Shown here one piece after another: positions 26,299 through 35,578 of a stretch of 38,953 bases of DNA. A program made the position numbers and the translations under genes. The DNA lies in contig JBDRKX010000104.1 in assembly GCA_043813605.1 (NCBI GenBank), forward strand, positions 1-38,953, read 5' to 3'. Each line of letters opens with the position of its first letter. Position 1 is the first letter of the stretch. Under the pieces are notes generated by a model, which saw only the letters and a list, made by a program, of their open reading frames with translations, did no database searches and was not told where the DNA came from. The DNA comes from Elusimicrobiota bacterium. GTDB taxonomy: Bacteria; CG03; SLGR01; JBDRKX01.

Positions 26299-28741
26299 CA
26301 GTATAATACTTGATAGACTGACAGACCGCGAACTGACGGATCTTTCGTCCAGTATGCTCCTTTCACTAAGTATTGATGAGATGAGGACGGTCAGGAAATA
26401 TTTCGAAGGCCGCGGCAGATCTCCGAGCATGATGGAAATGGAGATAATAGCGCAGACATGGAGTGAGCACTGTATTCATAAGACAATGACCGGTATTATC
26501 GAATATACCGAATTGGACGAAGACGGTAATATCCTTAATAAAGAAACCATAGATAACCTGCTCAGGGAGACTGTGTTCAAGGCGACAAAAGAACTGGATA
26601 GATCCTATTGCCTTTCGGTGTTTAAAGATAATGCCGGCATTATAGAACTCGATGAAGAATACGGCATAGCTATGAAAGTGGAAACGCATAACCATCCTTC
26701 TGCCATAGAACCTTACGGCGGCGCGGCAACCGGTATCGGCGGAGTAATAAGGGATATACTCGGCTGCGGCAAAGGGGCCAAACCTGTACTGAATATTGAC
26801 GTGTTCTGTTTCGGCCCGCTGGATACGCCCCGGCAGGATGTCCCCGAAGGTGTCCTGCACCCGAGAAGGATTTTCAAGGGAGTTGTAAAAGGGGTGAGGG
26901 ATTATGGGAACAGGATGGGCATACCCACATCAAGCGGAGCTATATTGTTTGACGAAGATTATATATATAATCCGCTGGTCTACTGCGGTACTGTGGGGGT
27001 AATCCCGAAGAAATATATCAGTAAGGAAGTAGTGCCGGGCGATCTTATAGTGGTCATCGGCGGCAAAACCGGCCGGGACGGGATACACGGCGCGACTTTT
27101 TCTTCCATAGGTCTTAACGAAGAGACAGATGCGGCATGTGTGCAGATAGGGGACCCGATAACAGAAAAAAAATTCACCGATGTTCTTTTAAAGATAAGAG
27201 ACATGGGATTATATAACGCGATAACGGATTGCGGGGCGGGAGGATTTTCATCCGCTATAGGAGAAATGGGCGAGGATTGCGGAGCAAAAGTCACACTTGA
27301 AAAAGCGGTTCTTAAATATGAGGGACTCGCGCCGTGGGAGATATTCCTGTCGGAATCCCAGGAGCGGATGATACTGAGTGTTCCCGGCAAGAATATAGAT
27401 GCATTGAAAGAGATGACCGATGCGGAAGATGTCGAAATGGCTGTGCTCGGGGAATTTACTGATACCGGCAGGCTGGAAGTCTATTACGGTGAAGAGAAGC
27501 ATGCCGATCTTGAGATGGAGTTCATACATGACGGGGTTCCGAGAATAAAAAAGAAAGCGGTATGGCAGAAAAAACGGGAAACGCGGTTTTCTCCGGCAAA
27601 AATTTATCCGGGAAAAGTTTGCCCGGAAGAAATTTATCCGGAAAAAATACTGAAAAAAATACTCACGTATCCTAATATATCCTCTAAAGAATCGGTAACA
27701 AGACAGTACGATCATGAGGTGCAGGGAGGATCCGTTGTCAAGCCGCTTGCCGGCGTGACGCAGGATGCGCCCCAGGACGGGTGTGTCACAAAACCTGTTC
27801 TCGACAGACCTGCCGGAATAGCAGTAGGGCTGGGCGTGAATCCCCTTTACGGCAGTATGGATACTTACTGTATGGCACTTGCGAATTGCGAGGAAGCTGC
27901 GAGAAATGTTGCCGCTTCCGGAGGTAACATAAGTAAAGCCGCTTTTATGGATAATTTCTGCTGGGGAGATACCGGCGAAGAAAAGATACTGGGTGACCTG
28001 GTCAGGGCCTCAAAGGGATGCTATGACGCAAGTAAGATGCTCGGCATACCTTTTGTCTCAGGAAAGGACAGCCTTAATAATTGTTATGTACTCAAGGCCG
28101 GCCAGGGTACAAAAAAAATAAATATACCGGGAACACTGCTTATTACATGTGTAGCGCCTGTAGACGATGTGAGCGTGGCTGTGGGAAGTGATTTTAAGTC
28201 TCCCGGAAACAGCATATATCTTGTAGGCGATACGTATGAAGAGATGGGATGTTCCGTATTCAGTGAAGTATCGGGTATGGGCTGCGGGAGCCTGCCTTTA
28301 TTAAGACCGGATATTTCGTTTATAACACTTGAAAAGGTTCAGACTGCATTAGAGAAAAGGCTGCTGAAAAGCTGTCACGATCTTTCGGAAGGAGGACTTG
28401 CTGTCTGTCTTTCGGAAATGTGTTTTTCTTCTGCAGGAGCCGGAATATGTATTCAAGATATAAAGATTGCGGAAGATGTTTCAAAGGATCAGATTCCTCT
28501 TGACTCCATGGCGGCGGATCTTGTGAAACTGTTTTCAGAAAGCAATTCAAGATTCGTGGTTGAAGTGGAAAATGGCAGGGAAACTGAATTTGAAAAACAT
28601 ATGAAAGGGATCCCGTGTTACAGGATCGGGGTTACACTGGAAGAGCCTGTGTTGAAGATCTCGGGAAATAATAAAACAGTCCTTATAAATACCGGAATAG
28701 GGACATTGAAGGAATGCTGGAAAAGTTCTATAAAATGGTAG
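26288..28741 (+). CDS. purL: FGAM synthase PurL subunit
   Basis: 817 aa; QTWSEHCIHK, KVETHNHPS, GRDGIHGATF, DCGAGG, LSESQERM, QYDHEV, SGKDSL, HDLSEGG. Confidence 0.96.
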   Translation: MRSNSIILDRLTDRELTDLSSSMLLSLSIDEMRTVRKYFEGRGRSPSMMEMEIIAQTWSEHCIHKTMTGIIEYTELDEDGNILNKETIDNLLRETVFKATKELDRSYCLSVFKDNAGIIELDEEYGIAMKVETHNHPSAIEPYGGAATGIGGVIRDILGCGKGAKPVLNIDVFCFGPLDTPRQDVPEGVLHPRRIFKGVVKGVRDYGNRMGIPTSSGAILFDEDYIYNPLVYCGTVGVIPKKYISKEVVPGDLIVVIGGKTGRDGIHGATFSSIGLNEETDAACVQIGDPITEKKFTDVLLKIRDMGLYNAITDCGAGGFSSAIGEMGEDCGAKVTLEKAVLKYEGLAPWEIFLSESQERMILSVPGKNIDALKEMTDAEDVEMAVLGEFTDTGRLEVYYGEEKHADLEMEFIHDGVPRIKKKAVWQKKRETRFSPAKIYPGKVCPEEIYPEKILKKILTYPNISSKESVTRQYDHEVQGGSVVKPLAGVTQDAPQDGCVTKPVLDRPAGIAVGLGVNPLYGSMDTYCMALANCEEAARNVAASGGNISKAAFMDNFCWGDTGEEKILGDLVRASKGCYDASKMLGIPFVSGKDSLNNCYVLKAGQGTKKINIPGTLLITCVAPVDDVSVAVGSDFKSPGNSIYLVGDTYEEMGCSVFSEVSGMGCGSLPLLRPDISFITLEKVQTALEKRLLKSCHDLSEGGLAVCLSEMCFSSAGAGICIQDIKIAEDVSKDQIPLDSMAADLVKLFSESNSRFVVEVENGRETEFEKHMKGIPCYRIGVTLEEPVLKISGNNKTVLINTGIGTLKECWKSSIKW
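27587..27646 (+). repeat. In-frame 4 x 15-nt imperfect tandem repeat inside purL
   Basis: TTTTCTCCGGCAAAA, ATTTATCCGGGAAAA, GTTTGCCCGGAAGAA, ATTTATCCGGAAAAA = FSPAK IYPGK VCPEE IYPEK. Confidence 0.75.
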
Positions 28742-28757
28742 AAAAAGATTAAACCTG

Positions 28758-29477
28758 ATGAAAAAAGCGATAGTATTAAAAGCACCCGGAACTAATAATG
28801 ATTATGAGACACATCACGGTCTTATCGAATCAGGCGCTGCTGCCGAGATAGTGCATGTGAATGAACTGGCATCAGGAAAAAAAAGACTGAAAGACTATTC
28901 AATACTGGTTATACCGGGCGGATTCTCATACGGGGATGATCTGGGAGCGGGAAAGGTCTTTTCTATTTTTATGAAGTATAATCTGAAAGAAGATATAGAA
29001 AATTTTATTAAGGAAGGCCGTATTGTGCTCGGAATCTGTAACGGGTTCCAGGTACTTGTTAAATCGGGGTTACTGCCGGATATTGATTCAAAGAACAGGG
29101 TTACGCTGAGTTTTAACGACAGCGGGCGGTTTATCTGCCGCTGGGTAGGCTTGAAGGTGAACAGCGGCAAATTCTGGTTTAAGGGTATGGATGATGAGAT
29201 AGAATTGCCTATTGCGCATGCCGAGGGCAAGTTTATCACAGAAAACGGGTCGGTCGATGTCCTCGAGAATAACGGTCAGATAGCCCTGACATATTTAGAG
29301 AATCCGAACGGCTCGGAAGGGGATATTGCCGGCATTACAAACAAAGAAGGGAATGTCCTTGGAATGATGCCTCATCCGGACAGATTCTTCTCGGAGTACC
29401 AGCATCCGGCGTCAAGGAACAGGAAAATTATTCCCTGGGGCAGACTGCTGTTCAGGAATATGGTAGAAAATGCGTAA
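28758..29477 (+). CDS. purQ: FGAM synthase glutaminase subunit
   Basis: 239 aa; APGTN, PGGFSYGD, GICNGFQ, AHAEG, NPNGS, MMPHPDR. Confidence 0.95.
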   Translation: MKKAIVLKAPGTNNDYETHHGLIESGAAAEIVHVNELASGKKRLKDYSILVIPGGFSYGDDLGAGKVFSIFMKYNLKEDIENFIKEGRIVLGICNGFQVLVKSGLLPDIDSKNRVTLSFNDSGRFICRWVGLKVNSGKFWFKGMDDEIELPIAHAEGKFITENGSVDVLENNGQIALTYLENPNGSEGDIAGITNKEGNVLGMMPHPDRFFSEYQHPASRNRKIIPWGRLLFRNMVENA

Positions 29478-30822
29478 AGAATTCTGCGGAATATACGGTG
29501 TCTGGAATAATGAGAATGCAGCAGAGCTGACATACCTCGGGCTCTATGCACTTCAGCACCGCGGGCAGGAGAGCGCCGGGATAGTGACTGCGAGGAAAAA
29601 GGGATTCCTGGTACAGAAGGGCATGGGCCTGGTGAGTGAAGTCTTCCCGCAGGAATCTCTGAACAGGCTCAAAGGCGATGCGGCAATAGGGCACGTCAGG
29701 TATTCCACCACAGGCAGTTCCAGTCACGGCAATATACAGCCTCTTGTTATAGAGTACCAAAACAAGTCAATAGCAATAGCGCATAACGGGAATATCCCCT
29801 CGGCGGGAAAATGGAAAACAAAACTTGAATCAGAGGGTGTGATATTTTCTACTGAAACTGACAGCGAACTGATACTCAAGATGATAGTAAAGGAAACCGG
29901 AGACTGGGAAGAACGGCTGAAAAAAACGCTTGATAAGCTTGAGGGATCTTTTTCACTTGTTGTCCTGTTCCCGGATAAACTTATTGCCGTGAGGGACGCA
30001 TACGGTTACAGGCCTCTTTCAATAGGCACTAAGGGAGAATCCATTTTATTCTCTTCCGAGAGCTGCGCTTTTGATATCGTTGATGCTGAATATCAGAGAG
30101 ATCTTCAGCCGGGTGAGATGGTGGTGATCGACAGTTCCGGTATGAAGAGCCTCTTCCTGGAAAACAGAGAGCATCAGCGGTGTATTTTCGAATTGATATA
30201 TTTTGCAAGACCCGACAGCTATGTCTTTTCCCAGAGCGTGTATGATGCCAGATTGAATATGGGAAAGGAACTTGCAAGGGAAAAGAAAATAGACGCGGAT
30301 CTGGTGATGCCGGTACCTGATTCGGCGAATATGCAGGCTCTGGGATACAGCCAGAAGAGCGGTATACCGCTGGAATTCGGGTTTATCAGAAATCACTATA
30401 TAGGAAGGACTTTTATAGAACCGCATCAGAAGATACGGGATCTCAGAGTTAAAATAAAACTTTCGCCGATAAAAAATGTCCTGAAGGGAAAAAAGGTCAT
30501 TGTTATTGACGATTCCATAGTCCGCGGCACGACATCAAAAAAACTGGTCAAATCTATCAGAAAAGCCGGGGCTGAAGAAGTACACCTGCTGATATCATCG
30601 CCTCCGATAAAATATTCGTGCTATTACGGAATAGATACGCCGACAAGTCAGGAACTGATAGCCAATAATCATAGTGTAAAGGAGATAAAAGAATTCCTGG
30701 GCGTTGACAGTCTTTATTATCTGTCGCTTGACGGGCTGCTCAGGGCGTGCAGGAAAACGGAGTACTGTCTCTCCTGTTTTAACGGGGAATATATCCTGAA
30801 GAACGGTAAAAGGAAGAAATGA
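29470..30822 (+). CDS. purF: Amidophosphoribosyltransferase (propeptide and Fe-S type)
   Basis: 450 aa; EFCG, LQHRGQE, GHVRYST, CIFELIYFARPDS, IDDSIVRGTT, CYYG, CLSCF. Confidence 0.96.
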   Translation: MRKEFCGIYGVWNNENAAELTYLGLYALQHRGQESAGIVTARKKGFLVQKGMGLVSEVFPQESLNRLKGDAAIGHVRYSTTGSSSHGNIQPLVIEYQNKSIAIAHNGNIPSAGKWKTKLESEGVIFSTETDSELILKMIVKETGDWEERLKKTLDKLEGSFSLVVLFPDKLIAVRDAYGYRPLSIGTKGESILFSSESCAFDIVDAEYQRDLQPGEMVVIDSSGMKSLFLENREHQRCIFELIYFARPDSYVFSQSVYDARLNMGKELAREKKIDADLVMPVPDSANMQALGYSQKSGIPLEFGFIRNHYIGRTFIEPHQKIRDLRVKIKLSPIKNVLKGKKVIVIDDSIVRGTTSKKLVKSIRKAGAEEVHLLISSPPIKYSCYYGIDTPTSQELIANNHSVKEIKEFLGVDSLYYLSLDGLLRACRKTEYCLSCFNGEYILKNGKRKK

Positions 30823-32105
30823 ATTACAATAAAGAAAGATCAAGAGTCCTGGTCATAGGCGGCGGCGGGCGTGAACATGCCCTTGTGTGGAAACTTAAAC
30901 AATCGGAATTCGCCGAAAAAATATACTGCGCTCCGGGAAACGGCGGCATCTCCGGGGATGCGGAAGTCTTTGGACTCCCTTCTGAATTTGCTGATTTAAA
31001 AAAAATAATAGAAGAGAAAAAAATAGATATGGTAGTAGTAGGTCCCGAAGCGCCTCTGGTAGACGGCATAGCCGATTATCTGGGTTCCGAGGGCGTGACG
31101 GTATTCGGGCCGCTGAAAGGGTCGGCGCGGCTGGAAGGTTCTAAGATCTATTCAAAGGAATTCATGAAAAGACACGCTATTCCTACTGCCGGTTTCGACG
31201 TTTTTGATGATGCCTCTAAAGCTATGGATTATCTGAAAAGCCGGCCGGAAGTTGTTATTAAAGCTGACGGATTGTGCGCGGGAAAAGGTGTAGTCGTTAC
31301 GGATAGTTTTGATGAAGGCCGTGAAACAATAGAAAAATTCATGACAGAGAAGATTTTCGGGAATGCCGGCCGAAGAGTGGTAATAGAAGAAAAACTTAAA
31401 GGAGAAGAAGCGTCCATTCTTGCACTTGTATCAGGGAAGAACTGCAGCCTGTTGATACCGTCCCAGGATCATAAAGCGGTTTTTGAAGGGGATACGGGGC
31501 CCAATACCGGCGGTATGGGAGCATATGCCCCGGCATCCCTAGTAGACAGCAATATGCTGGATAAAGTTAAAAAACAGATAATAGTTCCTGTGCTCGAGGG
31601 CCTTGCCTCTGAAGGTATGGATTATTGCGGGGTGCTGTATGCGGGACTGATGATATGCGCCGGTGAACCTAAGGTCCTTGAATTTAATGTGCGTTTCGGA
31701 GATCCGGAGACGGAAGCCGTTCTGCCCATGATGAAAAGCGACCTTCTTGAAGCCATATATGATTTAAACAGCGGGATCGAACCAGAGATAGAATGGAAAA
31801 AGGGCGTATGTATGGATATTGTGATCGCATCGGGCGGGTATCCGGGACATTACGAAAAAGGAAAGAAGATAACTATCAAAGATATTCCTGATGACGTATA
31901 TGTTTTTCATGCCGCGACAGAGGAAAGAAACGGGATGCTTTACACTTCGGGCGGGCGCGTATTGAATGTGGCGGCTGTGGGAGATGATATAAAAAGCGTA
32001 AAAGAAAAAGTATATAATGCAGTTTCGAATATCAGTTTTGACGGTATGTATTACCGCCGGGATATAGGCTGGAAGGAACTGGCCAGACAAAAAAAGAAAA
32101 AATAG
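30819..32105 (+). CDS. purD: Phosphoribosylamine-glycine ligase
   Basis: 428 aa; GGGGREHAL, APGNGG, LEGSK, KADGLCAGKGV, QDHK, GPNTGGMGAY, EFNVRFGDPE. Confidence 0.97.
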   Translation: MNYNKERSRVLVIGGGGREHALVWKLKQSEFAEKIYCAPGNGGISGDAEVFGLPSEFADLKKIIEEKKIDMVVVGPEAPLVDGIADYLGSEGVTVFGPLKGSARLEGSKIYSKEFMKRHAIPTAGFDVFDDASKAMDYLKSRPEVVIKADGLCAGKGVVVTDSFDEGRETIEKFMTEKIFGNAGRRVVIEEKLKGEEASILALVSGKNCSLLIPSQDHKAVFEGDTGPNTGGMGAYAPASLVDSNMLDKVKKQIIVPVLEGLASEGMDYCGVLYAGLMICAGEPKVLEFNVRFGDPETEAVLPMMKSDLLEAIYDLNSGIEPEIEWKKGVCMDIVIASGGYPGHYEKGKKITIKDIPDDVYVFHAATEERNGMLYTSGGRVLNVAAVGDDIKSVKEKVYNAVSNISFDGMYYRRDIGWKELARQKKKK

Positions 32106-32117
32106 AAGGAGAAGGAT

Positions 32118-32585
32118 ATGACGAAAGTAGTTATACTCATGGGCTCAAAATCGGACATGGGTCATTGTGAGAGTATCCAGTCGGTACTTGAGTCTTTTGG
32201 CGTAAAACCGGTTATGAGGATAGCTTCGGCGCATAAGTCGCCGGATAAGGTTTCAGAAATTATAAGAGAATATTCAGGGGATACCATATTTATAACTGTT
32301 GCCGGGAGGAGTAACGCTTTGAGCGGTTTTGTGGATGCCGGTACTGCGAATCCTGTCATAGCCAGTCCTCCTTATTCGGAAAAGTATAAAGGTCTGGATA
32401 TCCTTTCGTCACTCAGGATGCCGTCGGGTGTATGCCCTATGACAGTCCTCGGCCCGGAACAGGCGGCGCTCGCAGCAGTTAAAATAATGGCATTGAAGGA
32501 CAGCGGCCTGTCGAGTAAAATAGCCGACTATCAGAAAGCGGCACGGGAAAAACTTGAATTATCTGATAAGGAGCTCAATAAATAA
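32118..32585 (+). CDS. purE: PurE, class II-type AIR carboxylase
   Basis: 155 aa; MGSKSD, SAHK, AGRSNALSG, PVIASPP, SSLRMPSG. Confidence 0.92.
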   Translation: MTKVVILMGSKSDMGHCESIQSVLESFGVKPVMRIASAHKSPDKVSEIIREYSGDTIFITVAGRSNALSGFVDAGTANPVIASPPYSEKYKGLDILSSLRMPSGVCPMTVLGPEQAALAAVKIMALKDSGLSSKIADYQKAAREKLELSDKELNK

Positions 32586-33625
32586 TGGGAAGCGTAAAAG
32601 ACCTCAATATAATAAAAGAACCGCAAAAAGAATCGGCAGGAGTGGGAAGATTTAATTTTTCGGATAGATACTCTGTATTCGATTGGGGTGAGATGCCTCA
32701 GCATATTGAAAACAAAGGCAAGTCCCTGTGTATCATAGGGGCGTATTTTTTCGAAAAACTGCATTCAATGGGTATAAAAACCCATTACAGGGGACTGGTG
32801 GAAGGTGATGAGGCAAAACAGCTGAAAGATCTCACGGAAGCTTCCGGCATAATGGAGGTGAATCTTCTGCGTGTTATCGAACCCATGCTTTCAGGCGCTG
32901 TTTACAGTTATGCCGCATACTATGATGAGAAGAATAATTTCCTTATACCGCTGGAGATCATATACAGGAACTATCTGCCTCCCGGATCGAGTATTTATAA
33001 GAGGCTTCAGCAGGGCGAAGTTACGCTTGAAGAACTCGGGCTGGACAGGCTGCCCGGACCGGGACAGCAGCTGGTAAAACCTATTTACGATGTATCTACG
33101 AAACTGGAAGCGACAGACAGGTATGTAAACTGGAAGGAAGCACAGAAGATGGCTTGTCTTACCGAGGGTGAAATAAAAGACATCCAGTCTGTTATGCAGG
33201 AGGTGAACACACTAATATCAAAAGAGACGCGGGAAATGGGACTTATGAACAATGACGGCAAGATGGAACTCGGGTTTGACGAAAACAGGGACATCGTTAT
33301 TGTAGATGTAATAGGCACACCGGATGAATGCAGGTTTACTTCCGGGAATGTACCTGTAAGTAAAGAGATAGCAAGGATATTTTACAGGGCCACCGACTGG
33401 TACGAAGCTGTCAATGAGGCCAAAAAGAAGAACCGTACAGACTGGAAAAACCAGGTAGGAATGGAACCGCCGCTTCTTCCGGAAAAGCTTGCCCTGCTTA
33501 CTGCCCAGCTTTACCAGGCATTTGCTAATGAATTATCCGGCAGAAAATGGTTTGACGTGCCCTACTTAAGCGACGTGCTCAGAGAAACAGCCGATATATT
33601 GTCCGCTCGGAGTCTGAGATTTTAG
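32585..33625 (+). CDS. purC: SAICAR synthetase, long form
   Basis: 346 aa; MGSVKDL, FSDRYSVFDWG, KG, IPLEIIYRN, STKLE, DGKMELG, DVIGTPDECRF. Confidence 0.9.
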   Translation: MGSVKDLNIIKEPQKESAGVGRFNFSDRYSVFDWGEMPQHIENKGKSLCIIGAYFFEKLHSMGIKTHYRGLVEGDEAKQLKDLTEASGIMEVNLLRVIEPMLSGAVYSYAAYYDEKNNFLIPLEIIYRNYLPPGSSIYKRLQQGEVTLEELGLDRLPGPGQQLVKPIYDVSTKLEATDRYVNWKEAQKMACLTEGEIKDIQSVMQEVNTLISKETREMGLMNNDGKMELGFDENRDIVIVDVIGTPDECRFTSGNVPVSKEIARIFYRATDWYEAVNEAKKKNRTDWKNQVGMEPPLLPEKLALLTAQLYQAFANELSGRKWFDVPYLSDVLRETADILSARSLRF

Positions 33626-33626
33626 T

Positions 33627-34838
33627 ATGCCGCTAAGTTTTCTTATAGTAGCGATAATAGCGGGATTTTATATGGCCTGGAACATCGGGGCCAATGATTC
33701 GGCTAATTCCATGGCACCGGCTGTGGGTTCGAAAGCCATCACATTTAAGCAGGCTGTAATAATAGCGGGGTTGCTTGAGTTCGTTGGCGCATATTTTGTC
33801 GGTTCGCATGTGACAGAGACTATAAGAAAAGGGATAATAAGTCCTGCCGGGTTCGCTTCAATGGAAGTATTTGCATTTGCACTGCTTGCTGCAATTGTCG
33901 GTGCCTCACTCTGGGTATTCATAGCTACCTGGAAAGAGATGCCTGTGTCAACAACTCATTCAATAGTCGGTGCTTTAATAGGAGTCGGCATTGTAGCAGG
34001 CGGATTAAGTGTCGTTTCGTGGGGAAAAGTAATAAGTATAGTGATGTCGTGGGTGATATCACCGCTCTTCAGCGGCGTTATGGCATTTTTTCTGTTCAAA
34101 ATAATCAACAGCTGTTTCATAGTGCCTGAAGACAGAGAAGCAAGGACCAAAAAATATTTTCCGATATTCGTATTTATGACATTTTTTATAATAGTTCTTT
34201 CTTTTATTTTTAAAACACCGTTCGGAAGAAAACTTGACCTGGAAATATTTCAGGTGTTCATGTACGCTTCACTGTCCGCTCTCTTTCTTTCAATTATACT
34301 GTCAGTTATAATGTACAGAAATGCCAGATCATTTGAACCCGAAGAAGTATTCAGGATGCTCCAGATATTAACTGCCTGCTATGTCGCGTTTGCCCACGGG
34401 GCAAATGATGTGGCAAATGCCGTAGGGCCGCTGGCCGGCATATATTCAATATATAAAACGGGAGATATAGGAGCGACAGCCGAAGTTCCGGGCATAATCC
34501 TGGCTCTCGGCGGTGTAGGTATATCTATCGGTATTTTTACCTGGGGATACAAGGTGATTAAAACAGTCGGGCACGGCATTACGGAACTGACCAATACAAG
34601 AGGGTTTGCGATATGTTTTTCTGCAGCGACCGCTGTCCTTGTGGCCAGTAAGATGGGATTGCCGGTCTCCACAACGCATTCTGCGGTAGGGGCCGTTATG
34701 GGAATCGGACTGGCCAGGGGATTGGAAGCAATAGATTTGCGTGTTATCAGGAAAATCGCATCGGCATGGATTTTTACGCTGCCGGTAGCCGCTGTGTTTT
34801 CCGGGATAATATTCATTATCATACAGGCAATATTTTGA
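33627..34838 (+). CDS. PiT-family inorganic phosphate transporter
   Basis: 403 aa multi-TM; signature GANDSAN and HGANDVAN, two PVSTTHS motifs. Confidence 0.93.
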   Translation: MPLSFLIVAIIAGFYMAWNIGANDSANSMAPAVGSKAITFKQAVIIAGLLEFVGAYFVGSHVTETIRKGIISPAGFASMEVFAFALLAAIVGASLWVFIATWKEMPVSTTHSIVGALIGVGIVAGGLSVVSWGKVISIVMSWVISPLFSGVMAFFLFKIINSCFIVPEDREARTKKYFPIFVFMTFFIIVLSFIFKTPFGRKLDLEIFQVFMYASLSALFLSIILSVIMYRNARSFEPEEVFRMLQILTACYVAFAHGANDVANAVGPLAGIYSIYKTGDIGATAEVPGIILALGGVGISIGIFTWGYKVIKTVGHGITELTNTRGFAICFSAATAVLVASKMGLPVSTTHSAVGAVMGIGLARGLEAIDLRVIRKIASAWIFTLPVAAVFSGIIFIIIQAIF

Positions 34839-34872
34839 ATCAGATATATTGTAGATAAAAAGGAGGAAAATA

Positions 34873-35541
34873 ATGAGATCTATACTTTTTAAAATTTTCA
34901 GGAAGGTGTCACCGTTTGACGGGCTGGTGGAACATGCCGGAATAGTCAAAATAGGTGTAAATAAATTCAAAGAGGCGATGGATGTATACCTTGCAAAGGA
35001 TTTCGAAAAATTTGAAGCGTTGTCCTCTGAAGTGATCAATATTGAAAATGAGGCTGACAGGATAAAGACAAATGTACGCAATCACCTCCACAAGGACATA
35101 TTCATGCCTGTTGACAGAGGAGATTTTCTATCATGTTTAAAAGAACAGGATGCCATTATCGATGCTTGCGAAGACGCTGTTATCTGGCTGCAGTTCAGGC
35201 AGAGTGAGATAAGCGATGAGATAAAACGGGATATAAAAGAATATCTGTATAAAATAATAAATATGGTAGAAGAACTGGTGACGCTTGTGCAGGATGTCCA
35301 CAGATTAATCTCTTCAATATCAGGAAAAGAGAGAAAAGAAATAAAGGAAAAGATAAAAGGCATACACATGGAAGAAACCCAGATCGATACCATGCAGAGG
35401 GATCTTGTAAAAAAGCTGTTTTCATCCGGTGATGAGATGATTAATATATATCATCTTATACATGTGGTGTTCCTGCTGAGCAGTATCGCGGACCACGCGG
35501 AGAATGTCGGGGCCAGGATAAGAGTGATGATGGCAAGATGA
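34873..35541 (+). CDS. DUF47 / PhoU-like phosphate transport regulator
   Basis: 222 aa helical; SPF, ENEADRIK, PVDRGD, QDAIIDACED, IADHAENVG; adjacent to PiT. Confidence 0.88.
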   Translation: MRSILFKIFRKVSPFDGLVEHAGIVKIGVNKFKEAMDVYLAKDFEKFEALSSEVINIENEADRIKTNVRNHLHKDIFMPVDRGDFLSCLKEQDAIIDACEDAVIWLQFRQSEISDEIKRDIKEYLYKIINMVEELVTLVQDVHRLISSISGKERKEIKEKIKGIHMEETQIDTMQRDLVKKLFSSGDEMINIYHLIHVVFLLSSIADHAENVGARIRVMMAR

Positions 35542-35578
35542 TCTGTCCGGGAACAGTCGGGGGCAGCTGGTGTAAAAA

